Of a DNA stretch of 64,000 nt, positions 18,260 to 28,939 are shown piece by piece. Under the pieces are notes generated by a model. It was not told the DNA's origin. It did not search any database and was given only the letters and a program-made list of their open reading frames with translations. Each line of letters begins with the position of its first letter. Position 1 is the first letter of the stretch. Source of the DNA: an uncultured bacterium (GTDB taxonomy: Bacteria; UBP14; UBA6098). The stretch covers positions 79,496 through 143,495 of the forward strand of contig CAYWOR010000001.1 in assembly GCA_964459995.1 (NCBI GenBank), written 5' to 3'. The position numbers were made by a program, and so were the translations under genes.

Positions 18260-20997
18260 TTCAGAAGCACGGCCTTTCGAGTGAGAGACATATCGTCGGC
18301 GGAAGCCCGTATCCAGTAGATTCCGGAGGGGGAGTCGCCCAAATCGAACGTTATATTGTGATTTCCGGCGGAGAGTTTTTCTATCTTGCGATGTTGAACC
18401 AATCTGCCATCGATGCCGTAAACTTCTATCTCGATATCGGAATCTTCTGGAAGGGCGATACTCAACGCAAAGGCCGAATTGAATGGGTTCGGAACTGTCG
18501 GGCCGAGAGCAAAAACCTTCGGAAGCACCGCCTCGCCGATATTGCATCCAATATAATATACTTCGCCGAGGTAATATTCCCACTCGCCCACTAATGGCGC
18601 ATCTGAATAAACATAACGACCGTCCGGTATGCTGAGATAGACCTCCAAAGTCTCTGATTCGGTGTTTTCGATTACGGAAATTCCACGGCCGTTAGTGATA
18701 TAAACGCTTCTATCGTAACTTACGCTGGAGTTCGGGTTGCCCTCGATAATCTCGAGTTGAAGTGTGCAGGAATAGGGGAAATACGTTCCTGTGGTGTCGA
18801 AAATATGGAATTCGATGGAATCCAGAAGCGCGCCGACCTCACAGCCGCAGGGCAAAATGTATTCGATAAGGGCTCTCGACTCGATCTGAATCTCGAACAC
18901 TCCGACCATATCGTCGCCGGAATCGACGATCAACCTAAACGCCTCGGGATCGCCATTAGTAATGATGAAACTGCCCAATCCGCCGATTATCTCCACCGAA
19001 TCCGGCGCGAAAACACTGCCGTTGTCGTTCGGATCGATTATTGTGATCGATGCAAAACCGTTGTAGGAGACATCTATGCCTTCGAGATTCATCACACCGA
19101 AAACCACGTTGCGGGGCTCCCATATCGGTTGCCATCTGTCGTATTCCAATGGGAACAGAACACCGCCGCCGGAGGGGTCGAGGAACATTAACGATGTATA
19201 TGTCGGCAAAAGCGGCCCGCTGATTTCCAAATCGACCCGCCCTGCGGAGTCTTTCATTATCGAGATTATGGCGATTCCGCCCTCGAAATTCACTATCCCC
19301 GAGGGAGGATCGAGTTCCGCGCCGCCATCTGCGACAACCACCGCGCTTCCGGAATATCCGGCGTCGATAAGCCCCGCGCCGGTTCGTGCGGTTATCGTTA
19401 GCCCGATGTTCTCCATCGATGGGAAAACCCCCGCGCCGGCTGGTTCAAAACGGTATTGAATCGCTCCGGAACTGTCGGCAATCTCGAAACGAATCTCATA
19501 TTCGTGCATAAAACCGATTAGCCCCTGATCGAACAGCCCCATCATCTCTGCGTCACGAGCGGCGAATCGAAGCGTCTCCGGCTGAGAATTCACGAGATAA
19601 AGCACATATCTGCCTTCGGTCATGTGAAGTCCTGTCTCGCCAGCCATGCCCGCTGTCCATGAATCCCCGGAGGCCGAATCTATAACTACCAGCGAAAAAT
19701 CTGTGTCCTCAAATTCGAGAATTAACCAAGCGTCGAGAGCGTCATCGATCTCGCCGAGACCGTTTATCCCCTGAATTTCCAGCTTCATCGTATCGCCGAC
19801 TATTGCGATATTCGGGCTTCGGAAGGCGAATTTGAGAGCAATATCCGGCGGAACAACCTGAATCGGTGTGTAAAATGGCACAACCAACTCCGGAACCGAG
19901 TCCGTTTCCGCGCCGATGAAGATGCAGAGCGTGTCCGGCTCGGAATCTGTCAGCATAAACCCGGCAAATCCGCCGGTTAATCTTCGCCACGAATCGGGTT
20001 CTAACACCACGCTCTCTGCGCCCTGTAAATCGATTGCATGTAACCGCACTTTTGTGCTACTATTAGAATAATCGGGCGTGGAACCGTTGAAGGCCATCGC
20101 ATAAATCGAAGACGGCCTATCCTGGGCTATTCTCATACCATCGAAACGATTGACAAGCAAAAAGGGCGATTCGGAGGCAGGAACGACATAGACCATAAAA
20201 GTATCGCTAGGAGTCAAAGTGTCCATCAAAGAGTATGCGCGCACGCCCACAGTTTCGCTCTCGGTGTTATGGATAAAGAAGGGCGCCATGCCGTAGATTA
20301 CCGGAAGAACTGCATAGGGCGCCGGTATCCTTGTGAATGGACTCATCACGCCGGCGCTACCGTTTGGGTTCGACTCGTAAACAACCTCGGCGACTGCATA
20401 ATCCATCACTATTCCCGGCAAAAATGAAGGAACCGGTAAGCCGTCCGCGTCCGAGGCCACCGCCCAGTGAAGGTCGAAATTATTATATTGCGATGTGATT
20501 TTCTCCCCAAAAATTTGCCATCGTGTGGCAACTGTTCCGGAAGGAACAACCTCGAAAAGTATCGGCAGAGAAGACTTCATTTCACCAAAAAAGTCCATTG
20601 CGCGAACCGCAAAAAACCCCTCGCCCTCCGCGCGAAGCAAAGCCATGCCCATCTCTGCGTTTACCGGAATCTCCGAAATGTAACTGCCAGTGATGTCGGT
20701 GCAGAAAGTCGTGTCGATATCATAGCGCGACGAGGTCATAAAATGCGGAACCGCGGTGCCGCTCCAAGTAGAATCGACAGGTGCTCGAAGCGGCCTTTCG
20801 GCCTGAATGATCAATATCTGCGCGCCTCCGGAGGGAATCCAATAATCGAGTGCCATCGTTTTGTAAAGAGTGGGGTCGGGTGGAAGCTCCATCGCGGACA
20901 TTATCGAAATCGGCTCGGAAACCCATGGATTCGGCAACTCGAGGGAGACGACAGCGGAAACGAAAACCATAAACAACACAAAAAACTTTCTCGACAT
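18256..20997 (-). CDS. Large secreted hypothetical protein (913 aa) with T9SS-type C-terminal sorting domain
   Basis: Signal peptide MSRKFFVLFMVFVSAVVS; C-terminus VPNPFNSAFALSIALPEDSDIEIEVYGIDGRLV...SGIYWIRA; no other recognisable motif. Confidence 0.55.
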   Translation of the reverse strand: MSRKFFVLFMVFVSAVVSLELPNPWVSEPISIMSAMELPPDPTLYKTMALDYWIPSGGAQILIIQAERPLRAPVDSTWSGTAVPHFMTSSRYDIDTTFCTDITGSYISEIPVNAEMGMALLRAEGEGFFAVRAMDFFGEMKSSLPILFEVVPSGTVATRWQIFGEKITSQYNNFDLHWAVASDADGLPVPSFLPGIVMDYAVAEVVYESNPNGSAGVMSPFTRIPAPYAVLPVIYGMAPFFIHNTESETVGVRAYSLMDTLTPSDTFMVYVVPASESPFLLVNRFDGMRIAQDRPSSIYAMAFNGSTPDYSNSSTKVRLHAIDLQGAESVVLEPDSWRRLTGGFAGFMLTDSEPDTLCIFIGAETDSVPELVVPFYTPIQVVPPDIALKFAFRSPNIAIVGDTMKLEIQGINGLGEIDDALDAWLILEFEDTDFSLVVIDSASGDSWTAGMAGETGLHMTEGRYVLYLVNSQPETLRFAARDAEMMGLFDQGLIGFMHEYEIRFEIADSSGAIQYRFEPAGAGVFPSMENIGLTITARTGAGLIDAGYSGSAVVVADGGAELDPPSGIVNFEGGIAIISIMKDSAGRVDLEISGPLLPTYTSLMFLDPSGGGVLFPLEYDRWQPIWEPRNVVFGVMNLEGIDVSYNGFASITIIDPNDNGSVFAPDSVEIIGGLGSFIITNGDPEAFRLIVDSGDDMVGVFEIQIESRALIEYILPCGCEVGALLDSIEFHIFDTTGTYFPYSCTLQLEIIEGNPNSSVSYDRSVYITNGRGISVIENTESETLEVYLSIPDGRYVYSDAPLVGEWEYYLGEVYYIGCNIGEAVLPKVFALGPTVPNPFNSAFALSIALPEDSDIEIEVYGIDGRLVQHRKIEKLSAGNHNITFDLGDSPSGIYWIRASADDMSLTRKAVLLK

Positions 20998-20999
20998 AA

Positions 21000-22151
21000 C
21001 TACCCCCTTAAATTTTCTTCAAACTCGCGCCATTTATCATCGACCCAAGCGCGCATTTTTTGCTGAAACACCTTTCTATCGAACCTCCGTGCGGATTGAA
21101 GTATATCCCCACGGTCAAAATCCATTTTTTCGAATCTCTCGACAGCCTCAATTAACGAATCCTCCGTCTGCTCCATGAAGAACACACCGGTTTTGTCCTC
21201 GATAACGCTTTCCCGCGCACCTGCGACGCCATAGGCAATAACCGGCCTGCCGGAGGCCTGTGCCTCCACCGGCACGATTCCGAAATCCTCGCGCCCCGGG
21301 AAAACCAGCGCACGGCAGGTCGAAAGCAATTCAGCTTTCGTTTGCGTATCGATACGCCCTAAAAACTTGATGTTCGTCCCGGCATCTTTCATTAATTGTG
21401 TGAGATGGGGACCATCGCCGGCAACATACAGCGGTTTGCCCATGCGCTTAAAGGCACTAATTGCGAGATCGACACGTTTGTAGGGCACCATTCGTGAGAG
21501 GCAAAGGTAAAAATCACCCTGCATACTGGATTCGACGGGCGTAAAATTTTCCAGATTCACCGGCGGATATATTATCTCCGAGTCTCTGCGGTAGAATTTC
21601 GAGATTCGTTTCTGAGTCTCATGCGAGTTGCATGCGAAATAATCGACACGATCGGCGGCAAGTTTGTCCCACATGCGCACATAGTTTAAGATTATGGGGT
21701 AGAAGAACTTAAATAAATCGCGCTTGAGAAAAAATCCGGACTGAGTGTAACCGTGTTTGTAGTCGAAATATAGCTCCCACGCTTGACGCATAGGGGTGTG
21801 GCAATAGGAGAGATGCAGAGTTTCGCTTCGTGTAAGAATCCCTTTCGCGACGAGATAACTGCTCGAAATTACCAAATCGAATTCTCGAAGATCCATCTGT
21901 TCTATCATCGTAGGATAGAGCGGCATGTAATATTTATACCAGCGGTGAATTCTCGGCAGACGTTGCGACCATCCCACCGGTCGGATATCCCAATCACGGA
22001 AATCCTCCGGAACGAAATTCGCGTCATAAACGAGTGTATAAACCGGCGCTTCGGGAAAAAGGAGCTTTATTTCGCGAAGAACCTCCTCCGCACCGCCGGA
22101 TTGAATCAGCAAATCCTGAACTATTGCTATGCGTCTGTTATCTTTCATCAC
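21000..22151 (-). CDS. Glycosyltransferase family 4 (GT-B fold)
   Basis: C-terminal GT1/GT4 signature region FPGREDFGIVPVEAQASGRPVIA. Confidence 0.7.
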   Translation of the reverse strand: MMKDNRRIAIVQDLLIQSGGAEEVLREIKLLFPEAPVYTLVYDANFVPEDFRDWDIRPVGWSQRLPRIHRWYKYYMPLYPTMIEQMDLREFDLVISSSYLVAKGILTRSETLHLSYCHTPMRQAWELYFDYKHGYTQSGFFLKRDLFKFFYPIILNYVRMWDKLAADRVDYFACNSHETQKRISKFYRRDSEIIYPPVNLENFTPVESSMQGDFYLCLSRMVPYKRVDLAISAFKRMGKPLYVAGDGPHLTQLMKDAGTNIKFLGRIDTQTKAELLSTCRALVFPGREDFGIVPVEAQASGRPVIAYGVAGARESVIEDKTGVFFMEQTEDSLIEAVERFEKMDFDRGDILQSARRFDRKVFQQKMRAWVDDKWREFEENLRG

Positions 22152-23268
22152 AATCTAATCTAATCAACTCTTCGTATATATCAAGAGTTTTAATTGCGCA
22201 CTTTTGCCATGAGAAATTTTCTGCCCTTCTAAGTCCTTTTTCGGCGAGATTTTCACGCAAAGACTTGTCTAATGCAAGTTTAAGGATGCAATCGGCGATA
22301 CTGCCGACATCCTCCGGGTCGGCCAGCAATGCGGCGTCTCCGGCAACCTCGGACATGCTCGACCGCATGGAAGTAAGAACCGGAGTTCCGCATGCCATCG
22401 CCTCGAGCACGGGCAAGCCGAATCCTTCATACAGGCTTGGGTAGCAGAAGAATTCCGCCGAGGAATAAAGCGCTGGAAGCGAACCAAAGGGTATATATCC
22501 TGAGAAAACGATCCTGTCCTCGAGATGAAGCCTTTGGACTGCCGCGAAAATCTCGTCGTAAAGCCATCCTTTGCCGCCGGCGATGACAAGTTTTAGACCG
22601 TCGATTCGGTCTCGAACCTCTGCAAAGGCCTCGATTAGCCTCTCGACATTTTTGCGCGGTTCGAGAGTGCCAACGAAAAGCGCGAATCTTTGTGGCAAAC
22701 CGAATTTTTGCCGAAGCTCGGAAATCACGCCCGAATCGTCGATTCTTCTAAATTCTGGCGATGCGGCCTCGTGAATTACGGTGATTTTGTGCGAGTATTG
22801 CGGAAAAAGCCGCAGAATTTCTCCCTCGGTGAATTCGCTTACGGCGATTAGTTTGTCCGCACGGCGAAGCGAACTTTCCAAAAAGAGGCCGTGTGAGATT
22901 CTATGCAGAAGGCTGTGCTGTTTCGAAACGACTATGCTCGAAAGGTCGTGCACTGTCGAGATCGATTTGCAGGCTATTCGCGGTGGAATAAGAAAATTTG
23001 TGCCGTGAAAAAGTTCGATATGTCTCTCGCGAATAATTTTTGGCGCATCGAAAAGCAGAAAGGGTGTAGATTTGGCATAATCACGCTTTGGAGGGACTAT
23101 TTCGAAATTGCGCGGTAGCGAAAAATCCATCTCGAATCGCCGATGTGCAAGCAGGAAATAGTCGTTGTCATTGTCGATCTCGCAAAGAGCTTTCACCAGA
23201 TGGTAGGTGTAAGTTCCTATTCCGGTTATCGTTTTCGCAAGCGGCGAGCAGTCGATCGCGATTCTCAT
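22138..23268 (-). CDS. Glycosyltransferase family 4
   Basis: PSLYEGFGLPVLEAMACGTPVLTS GT4 signature; MRIAIDCSP N-terminus. Confidence 0.75.
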   Translation of the reverse strand: MRIAIDCSPLAKTITGIGTYTYHLVKALCEIDNDNDYFLLAHRRFEMDFSLPRNFEIVPPKRDYAKSTPFLLFDAPKIIRERHIELFHGTNFLIPPRIACKSISTVHDLSSIVVSKQHSLLHRISHGLFLESSLRRADKLIAVSEFTEGEILRLFPQYSHKITVIHEAASPEFRRIDDSGVISELRQKFGLPQRFALFVGTLEPRKNVERLIEAFAEVRDRIDGLKLVIAGGKGWLYDEIFAAVQRLHLEDRIVFSGYIPFGSLPALYSSAEFFCYPSLYEGFGLPVLEAMACGTPVLTSMRSSMSEVAGDAALLADPEDVGSIADCILKLALDKSLRENLAEKGLRRAENFSWQKCAIKTLDIYEELIRLDCDER

Positions 23269-24134
23269 GCTTCACCTTTCAACACTGAGCGTGCATAATA
23301 AAAGGAATTGAGAAGATGCGCGATAGCTCTCAAAGGCCACCATCCGAAGGATTTTCCGCTCGGGCCGCCGTAGAAAAAGCGAAAGGGGAAAATTAGACTC
23401 TGCGCGATAAGATAAAAAAACGCTTTCGGTTTCGTTGTGATTGCAACTCCGCCGAGCGGCACGTCGCCGCGTTTTGCGAGAATCGCCCGCGCGGAACCAT
23501 ACCACTTTTCACGGTTACAAAGCTCACGGAAATTTTTTGGCAAAGCATGATAGACTATCGAATTAGGCGCGACTACGACTCTTTTCCCAAGTTTTCTAAT
23601 CTGATGCCTTAGAAAATTATCCTCGCCGGCAGGAAGGGTTTCGTCGTAACCGCCTGCCGCGAAGAAATCCGAACGGTGTATCGCGCAGAAAAGTGTGGTT
23701 GCCATATCGCTGTCAATAACAATATCATAAATAGGCGTATATGTTCTGTCGAATTGTCTTCTATAAGCTCGCTGAAATCTGTCAGCATCGATTGGAATAT
23801 CCTGCGATGTGCCGCAAATGCCTATATCGTCTGAACTCAGCAATGTGGTAATCACTCGCTCAAAAAGGTCATCCTGTTCGATAATGATGTCGTCGTCTGC
23901 GAAGATTAGAATATCTCCGGTCGATTTCTGTGCCCCCAGATTCCTTGCGCGTGAAGCAGGAGAAATATTCTCGATAATCACAACCTCATCGGGCGGAACA
24001 GTGCCGCGTATAAGCTTGTCGACGACATTGTCGAGTTGTTGCCTCCGTTCGGGTCTTCCGGCAGGGATGATAAGGCTTATTTTATTGCCGGCAAACAGAT
24101 TGTCCCCTTTTGTGAAGCTTATCGTAAAGAGCAA
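23265..24134 (-). CDS. Glycosyltransferase family 2 (start uncertain)
   Basis: KISLIIPAGRPE and IFADDDIII GT2 motifs. First in-frame ATG (24332) overlaps the upstream GT4 by 250 nt; TTG at 24134 or CTG at 24098 are more plausible starts. Confidence 0.6.
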   Translation of the reverse strand: MLFTISFTKGDNLFAGNKISLIIPAGRPERRQQLDNVVDKLIRGTVPPDEVVIIENISPASRARNLGAQKSTGDILIFADDDIIIEQDDLFERVITTLLSSDDIGICGTSQDIPIDADRFQRAYRRQFDRTYTPIYDIVIDSDMATTLFCAIHRSDFFAAGGYDETLPAGEDNFLRHQIRKLGKRVVVAPNSIVYHALPKNFRELCNREKWYGSARAILAKRGDVPLGGVAITTKPKAFFYLIAQSLIFPFRFFYGGPSGKSFGWWPLRAIAHLLNSFYYARSVLKGEA

Positions 24135-25314
24135 CGAGCCTCTCTGCGTCAGTTGCCCAATTAAAATCGTCCTCGACAGCTTTTTTGCCCATTTCTCCCA
24201 TCGCTTTGCGTTTTTCGGGATTATTTGCAAGCTCGATAACCGCTTTCGCAAAATCCGACGGCTCGAACCCCGTTGCAATTCCACAACCTGTTTCGCGGAC
24301 AATATTTGCGGTGGATTCCGAAGGGCTGACAATCACGGGAATCCCCGCGGCCATGTATTCAAATAGCTTGTGCGGGCTGGAGGCGTTGTAGTTGACATTG
24401 TCGTCGCTGAGGTGAAGCACGGCGACATCGCCTGCTGAAAGAACGCTGAATATTCGAGCATGCGGGATTCTGCCGAAAATCTCGATATTGTTCGACACGC
24501 CCAAACTTTCCGCCCTGCTCACGATAGCCTTTACATCCCTTTCAAAACCGGCACCGACTACCAGAAAAAGCGCGTTAGGGATCTCACGGACAATCTCCGG
24601 CAAAGCCTCGATAACGATAGAAATCCCCTTATCGAGCGAAAGAACTCCGAGATAGATAATCACAAATTTATCTTCGTATTTTTCTGCGAAAGCCGGATCG
24701 GGGGTTTCGAATCCATCGAGGTCGATAGTATTGCGAATAACCTCGATATTCTTCCCTGAAGAACCGTCGAGAATGACACGTGATTTGAACTCATCACAGC
24801 TAACAATGACTGCGTCGGATTTCTCGACAACAGATTTTTCATAACGAAGCCAGCGTTTAAGCCCTTTGAATGGGCCTTTAAGAATATCCAAAAGGGGAGT
24901 CCGCTCTTTCCAAAGCTGAAGAGCATAGGGATAATGCTCGTGCAAATCGGCAATCAAAGGGATTTTTCTATCCGTGGAGACCTTGAGCGCGGTTTTGCAG
25001 AGCGGCAGGTCGTGAATATGTAGAGATTCGAGCGAATTATCTTTCACGAATTTTTCGATGCATTTACGCCAATACGGACGAAACATCGCAATTGAGAAGA
25101 TAACCGAATCGATTTTCCGTGCGAAAACAGAAGGCGCAAAAACCCTTCGGACCCGAATACTGCCGACGGTTTCTTCATACGGCTCTCCCTGCCTTCCGAG
25201 GCATAAGAGATGAACCGAGTAGGAAGCGGCATCCAATGCAGAGGCTTCTTTTTTGATGCGGATATCCTCAGGAAAAGGCTCTAACAGAACCATGCCGATA
25301 GGCAGTTTATTCAT
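24082..25314 (-). CDS. Glycosyltransferase family 4
   Basis: GT-B C-terminal region HKLFEYMAAGIPVIVS; 410 aa. Confidence 0.7.
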   Translation of the reverse strand: MNKLPIGMVLLEPFPEDIRIKKEASALDAASYSVHLLCLGRQGEPYEETVGSIRVRRVFAPSVFARKIDSVIFSIAMFRPYWRKCIEKFVKDNSLESLHIHDLPLCKTALKVSTDRKIPLIADLHEHYPYALQLWKERTPLLDILKGPFKGLKRWLRYEKSVVEKSDAVIVSCDEFKSRVILDGSSGKNIEVIRNTIDLDGFETPDPAFAEKYEDKFVIIYLGVLSLDKGISIVIEALPEIVREIPNALFLVVGAGFERDVKAIVSRAESLGVSNNIEIFGRIPHARIFSVLSAGDVAVLHLSDDNVNYNASSPHKLFEYMAAGIPVIVSPSESTANIVRETGCGIATGFEPSDFAKAVIELANNPEKRKAMGEMGKKAVEDDFNWATDAERLVALYDKLHKRGQSVCRQ

Positions 25315-25344
25315 ATCGCTCCACTATCGAACTTCCGAAAATAT

Positions 25345-25941
25345 TTATTTTACGACCTTTGCGACGAACATCCGATGATAGGGATTTTCGAAGATTCGAT
25401 ATGTTTTCTCGATGCGAGTTCCGGCGTTTTCGAGTATGGCCATAACTTTTTTTAGTTCGAATCCGGGATTGTCCATCTCCCACTCATGTTCCGGCGGAAC
25501 AGGCCGCCATCCACCGAATGGTTTTGGTAAAAGCAGATCGCCACAAATTGGCAGGCGAAAACGAGAATAAATTCGTCCGTGCGGAAGCGAAATCAGGACA
25601 TACTTTTTCGCGACTCGACTTAGCTCGGCGACACATTTGGGAAAATCCTCGAAGGGCAGATGTTCAAGAACCTGAAAAGCGCAGACAGTATCATAAGAAT
25701 CGTTGGCAAGTGGAATTTCACGGACATCTCCCACGATATCCGGTTCGAGTGACTCATCGAAATCGAGAGTGGTGGTAACTACATCGAGTTTAGTCAAATA
25801 TTCAGCAACAAATTTATTACCAACGCCCACATCGAGGACATTCTCCGGTTGTGTTTGGATGATTTCGTGAATCTGATACCAATAGGAGGCAAACCTCTCT
25901 TTGGAATCATATACATGTCCGTAGAGCTTTTTATTTTGCAT
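25345..25941 (-). CDS. Class I SAM-dependent methyltransferase
   Basis: VLDVGVGNKFVAEYL motif I, FQVLEHL; start at MQNKKLYGHV. Confidence 0.6.
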   Translation of the reverse strand: MQNKKLYGHVYDSKERFASYWYQIHEIIQTQPENVLDVGVGNKFVAEYLTKLDVVTTTLDFDESLEPDIVGDVREIPLANDSYDTVCAFQVLEHLPFEDFPKCVAELSRVAKKYVLISLPHGRIYSRFRLPICGDLLLPKPFGGWRPVPPEHEWEMDNPGFELKKVMAILENAGTRIEKTYRIFENPYHRMFVAKVVK

Positions 25942-27436
25942 TACGTCCTCCGAACCTACCAAAGATTGTCTTCACTTCCCTAAAATAATCCAGATGAAAC
26001 AACTTGTCGATAGTAAAAAGTGCGAGGACAAATATCGCAACAATAAAAAAGCCATTGAAAACAACTCCTGCAATAGTTGCTCCGGGAAGATATGTTCTGA
26101 GGAAAGAGAAAACAGCCAAAGCCCCAAGTCCGGATACCAACGATGGCCCACTTACAGCAGTAAACTCTTTCAGAGAGACATTAATATCTTTTGACAGTCT
26201 ATAGAAATAATACGGCAGAGTCGCGACAAGACCGAGCAAAGCTGAAATCGCCGCCCCTGTAATACCGTGGGAGACTGTAAGAGGGTAAACCGTTATCGCC
26301 ATAACCGCAAGACGCATGAAATTTAGATAAGAATCTTGTTTGGGTTTCCCAAGAGCGATGAAAAGAGGTCCGCAGGAAGATACAATCGAACGTAAAAGCC
26401 CGCTTATTGCGAGAATCTTCGCGGGCAGAACAATCGGTTGCCACTTTTCGCCGATGAAGACACCCACAAAATCCTCCACCAGCCCGATAACTAAAAGCAT
26501 TACGGGGACAGATAGAATCATCATTAGGCGCAAAGTTCTAAGAAAACCGCTTTTGAGCCTGTCTATATCGTCCTTTATTTTGCTGTAAGTTGGGAATGCA
26601 ACCCGTGAAATTGTTTGGGTCATTTCCGTTGCGGACATATTCGAAATCTTGAAAGCCATCTGGTAGAATCCCAGCGCGGTAACGCCGAGGACTTTTCCCA
26701 CCACAACATCGTCGCCCTGGGTTACCAAAAATACGATAATACCCGAAACCCAGACCCACATCCCAAAGGAGAAAAGCGCACGGAAACTATCTTTGCGTAT
26801 TGCGAAACGCGGCCGGTAATTTTGGATGATATACGAAGCCACAACCTGCAATACAGAGCGTGCCAAGAACCCGAAAACCAAAGCCCATGCGTTCCGAAGG
26901 ATTAGCGCCGCTGTTATTGCTACCCCAAAATCGGCGATTGCGCCGCTGAATTCGTAGATGAAATCCTTTCGGAAATCAAGTTCTTTGCGAAAATATACTA
27001 CTCCGGGATTGCGTAAACCGGCCACGAAAACCCCGATACCGAGGACTCTCATAAGCATGAATGCGTTCGGTTCGTCGAAGAATCTCGCGATAAACGGCGC
27101 GCCGAAATAGAGGATTAGTCCAAGAAGTAAGCCCCTGATTATCTGCACGACCCATGCGGTATCGAGATGATGTTCGATATTGCCGCTTTTTTGAATTAGT
27201 GCCTGATCGAAACCGGTTGTCGAAACGTTCTCCATTGCGGCGAGGGCGAGCATAGCAATTCCGAAAAGCCCGAAATCGTCGGGCGAAAGCAGACGTGCGA
27301 GAACCAGCGTCCGAATAAGCGTAAGAAGCCGGTTCGCGATTCGAAGCGAAAAGGACCAGAATCCGCCGGAAACGGCCTTTTTTGCGAAGCCCTCGCGGTG
27401 GATCGAATCGGTATGTATGTCTTCGGTCGAAATCAT
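25931..27436 (-). CDS. Wzx-like oligosaccharide flippase / polysaccharide biosynthesis protein (MOP superfamily)
   Basis: 501 aa, about 12-14 predicted TM helices, RfbX/Wzx-like organisation. Confidence 0.65.
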   Translation of the reverse strand: MISTEDIHTDSIHREGFAKKAVSGGFWSFSLRIANRLLTLIRTLVLARLLSPDDFGLFGIAMLALAAMENVSTTGFDQALIQKSGNIEHHLDTAWVVQIIRGLLLGLILYFGAPFIARFFDEPNAFMLMRVLGIGVFVAGLRNPGVVYFRKELDFRKDFIYEFSGAIADFGVAITAALILRNAWALVFGFLARSVLQVVASYIIQNYRPRFAIRKDSFRALFSFGMWVWVSGIIVFLVTQGDDVVVGKVLGVTALGFYQMAFKISNMSATEMTQTISRVAFPTYSKIKDDIDRLKSGFLRTLRLMMILSVPVMLLVIGLVEDFVGVFIGEKWQPIVLPAKILAISGLLRSIVSSCGPLFIALGKPKQDSYLNFMRLAVMAITVYPLTVSHGITGAAISALLGLVATLPYYFYRLSKDINVSLKEFTAVSGPSLVSGLGALAVFSFLRTYLPGATIAGVVFNGFFIVAIFVLALFTIDKLFHLDYFREVKTIFGRFGGRNAK

Positions 27437-27454
27437 ATGGCCCTTTCGGCTTTG

Positions 27455-28900
27455 CTATAGACTCTGAAGTCCTTCCGGTGTTGCTGTTCCCTTATTCTGC
27501 GGAATGAAATCCGAGGGTTTTGCACCGGTAACCCACAGAATTAAAACAGCAGATGCAATAATCACGCCTATCCGCGACATAATAGGAGCCAGAAACCAGC
27601 ATCCTGCAATTCCTGAGCCGGCTATAATAATTATCAGCGAGAGCTTTGTCCATGGGTATTCTACCGGCATTAGCGGATTCCCCAACCTCCAGCTCATGAA
27701 AGCCATTGCGATGTAAGAAACAAGTGTCGCCCATGCCGCGCCGACGAAACCGTAGCGGGGAATAAGCCAAATATTTAAAAGCACATTCAAAATCGCCGCA
27801 AAGCCCGTAACTATGGGAATATAAATCGTGCGGTCGCGTGTCTGCATTCCGGCACCGAAAAAGAGGTTCATTGCCTCGAAAACCGCCGCAAGCGAGACCG
27901 GAACCAAAACAATTCTCGCCGAATGAAAAGCCTCGCCGACAAACAACTCGAAAAGCTCCGGCGAGATTCCCACAATTCCCACGGCGCAAATGCTCAGAAT
28001 GCCCACCAGCGGTGTGAGAACCTTCGGGTAAGTTCGATTAGCAATTTCATTATTGGCGGCCAGCTCGAACATATACGGCCCCCATGCGAACCTGAAGGCG
28101 GTATAAAGCAAAAACACCACCCCCGCGATTTTGTAGCCCACAGAATAAATCCCCGCCGCGTCGAAACCGTCCATATAGCGTAATAAAAGCCTGTCCGAGA
28201 GGGTAAGCACGACAGTCGCGAAAGAGGCCGGCACAAAGGGAATCCCCCACAACAGCATCGACCGAACAAGCCGAAAAGGCACTCTCAACGTGATATATTG
28301 CCCGATACGCACAAGCAAAGGCGCGAGTATCAAAATGTCGGCGACTATTCCGGCGATAAGAATTCCGGAAACGCCCATATCATAATGTTTCAACAAAATG
28401 AAATTCGTTACTACGACGATAACGACCTTCGCGAGGGTATAGCCGACATACCCCGCCGGCTTTTTCTCCATTCGGAAAATGAGTAGGGAAACCAAAAGAA
28501 TCGTATCGAGGCCTGCGTTGATTGCGGAAAGACCGACCAATCCACCTCTGCCGTGAACGCCGGTAAGCATTTGAGAAAGCGGAGATGCCAAAACATAAGC
28601 CAGCCCGATAATCGCACCGGAGCTTATCAAAACCCATATTAGGCAAGCGGAAAACAACTGCCTGCGATGCTCCTCGTCGCGCACGGTAACGAAATGCTTG
28701 AACAACGAGACGTTCATCCCTGTCATGCCGATAATCATCGAGATTGTAACGAAAAGCACCAGAAGCTGATAAACACCGTATTCTGCCGGCGAAAGGGCGG
28801 TAGTGTAAAGGGGAATCAACAAAAAGGCGATGAGCTTTGTGAGGATATCGCCTGCGCCGTAAAGGAATGTGTCTTTTATGAGTTGATTTTTCAGGGACAT
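27455..28900 (-). CDS. Second Wzx-like flippase / polysaccharide biosynthesis protein (MOP superfamily)
   Basis: 481 aa polytopic membrane protein; N-terminal LIKDTFLYGAGDILTKLIAFLLIPLYT typical of polysaccharide biosynthesis flippases. Confidence 0.65.
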   Translation of the reverse strand: MSLKNQLIKDTFLYGAGDILTKLIAFLLIPLYTTALSPAEYGVYQLLVLFVTISMIIGMTGMNVSLFKHFVTVRDEEHRRQLFSACLIWVLISSGAIIGLAYVLASPLSQMLTGVHGRGGLVGLSAINAGLDTILLVSLLIFRMEKKPAGYVGYTLAKVVIVVVTNFILLKHYDMGVSGILIAGIVADILILAPLLVRIGQYITLRVPFRLVRSMLLWGIPFVPASFATVVLTLSDRLLLRYMDGFDAAGIYSVGYKIAGVVFLLYTAFRFAWGPYMFELAANNEIANRTYPKVLTPLVGILSICAVGIVGISPELFELFVGEAFHSARIVLVPVSLAAVFEAMNLFFGAGMQTRDRTIYIPIVTGFAAILNVLLNIWLIPRYGFVGAAWATLVSYIAMAFMSWRLGNPLMPVEYPWTKLSLIIIIAGSGIAGCWFLAPIMSRIGVIIASAVLILWVTGAKPSDFIPQNKGTATPEGLQSL

Positions 28901-28939
28901 AATCGCCGATCGAGCTGAAGCTTTTCCGTGAAAACCGCC

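Noticed and set aside
17264-18583. Long form of the pdxA ORF (439 aa)
   Set aside because: The 108-aa N-terminal extension is Arg-rich and low-complexity and overlaps the upstream gene by 328 nt; conserved PdxA N-terminus starts at MTGKIRIAISLGDPAG (18259).
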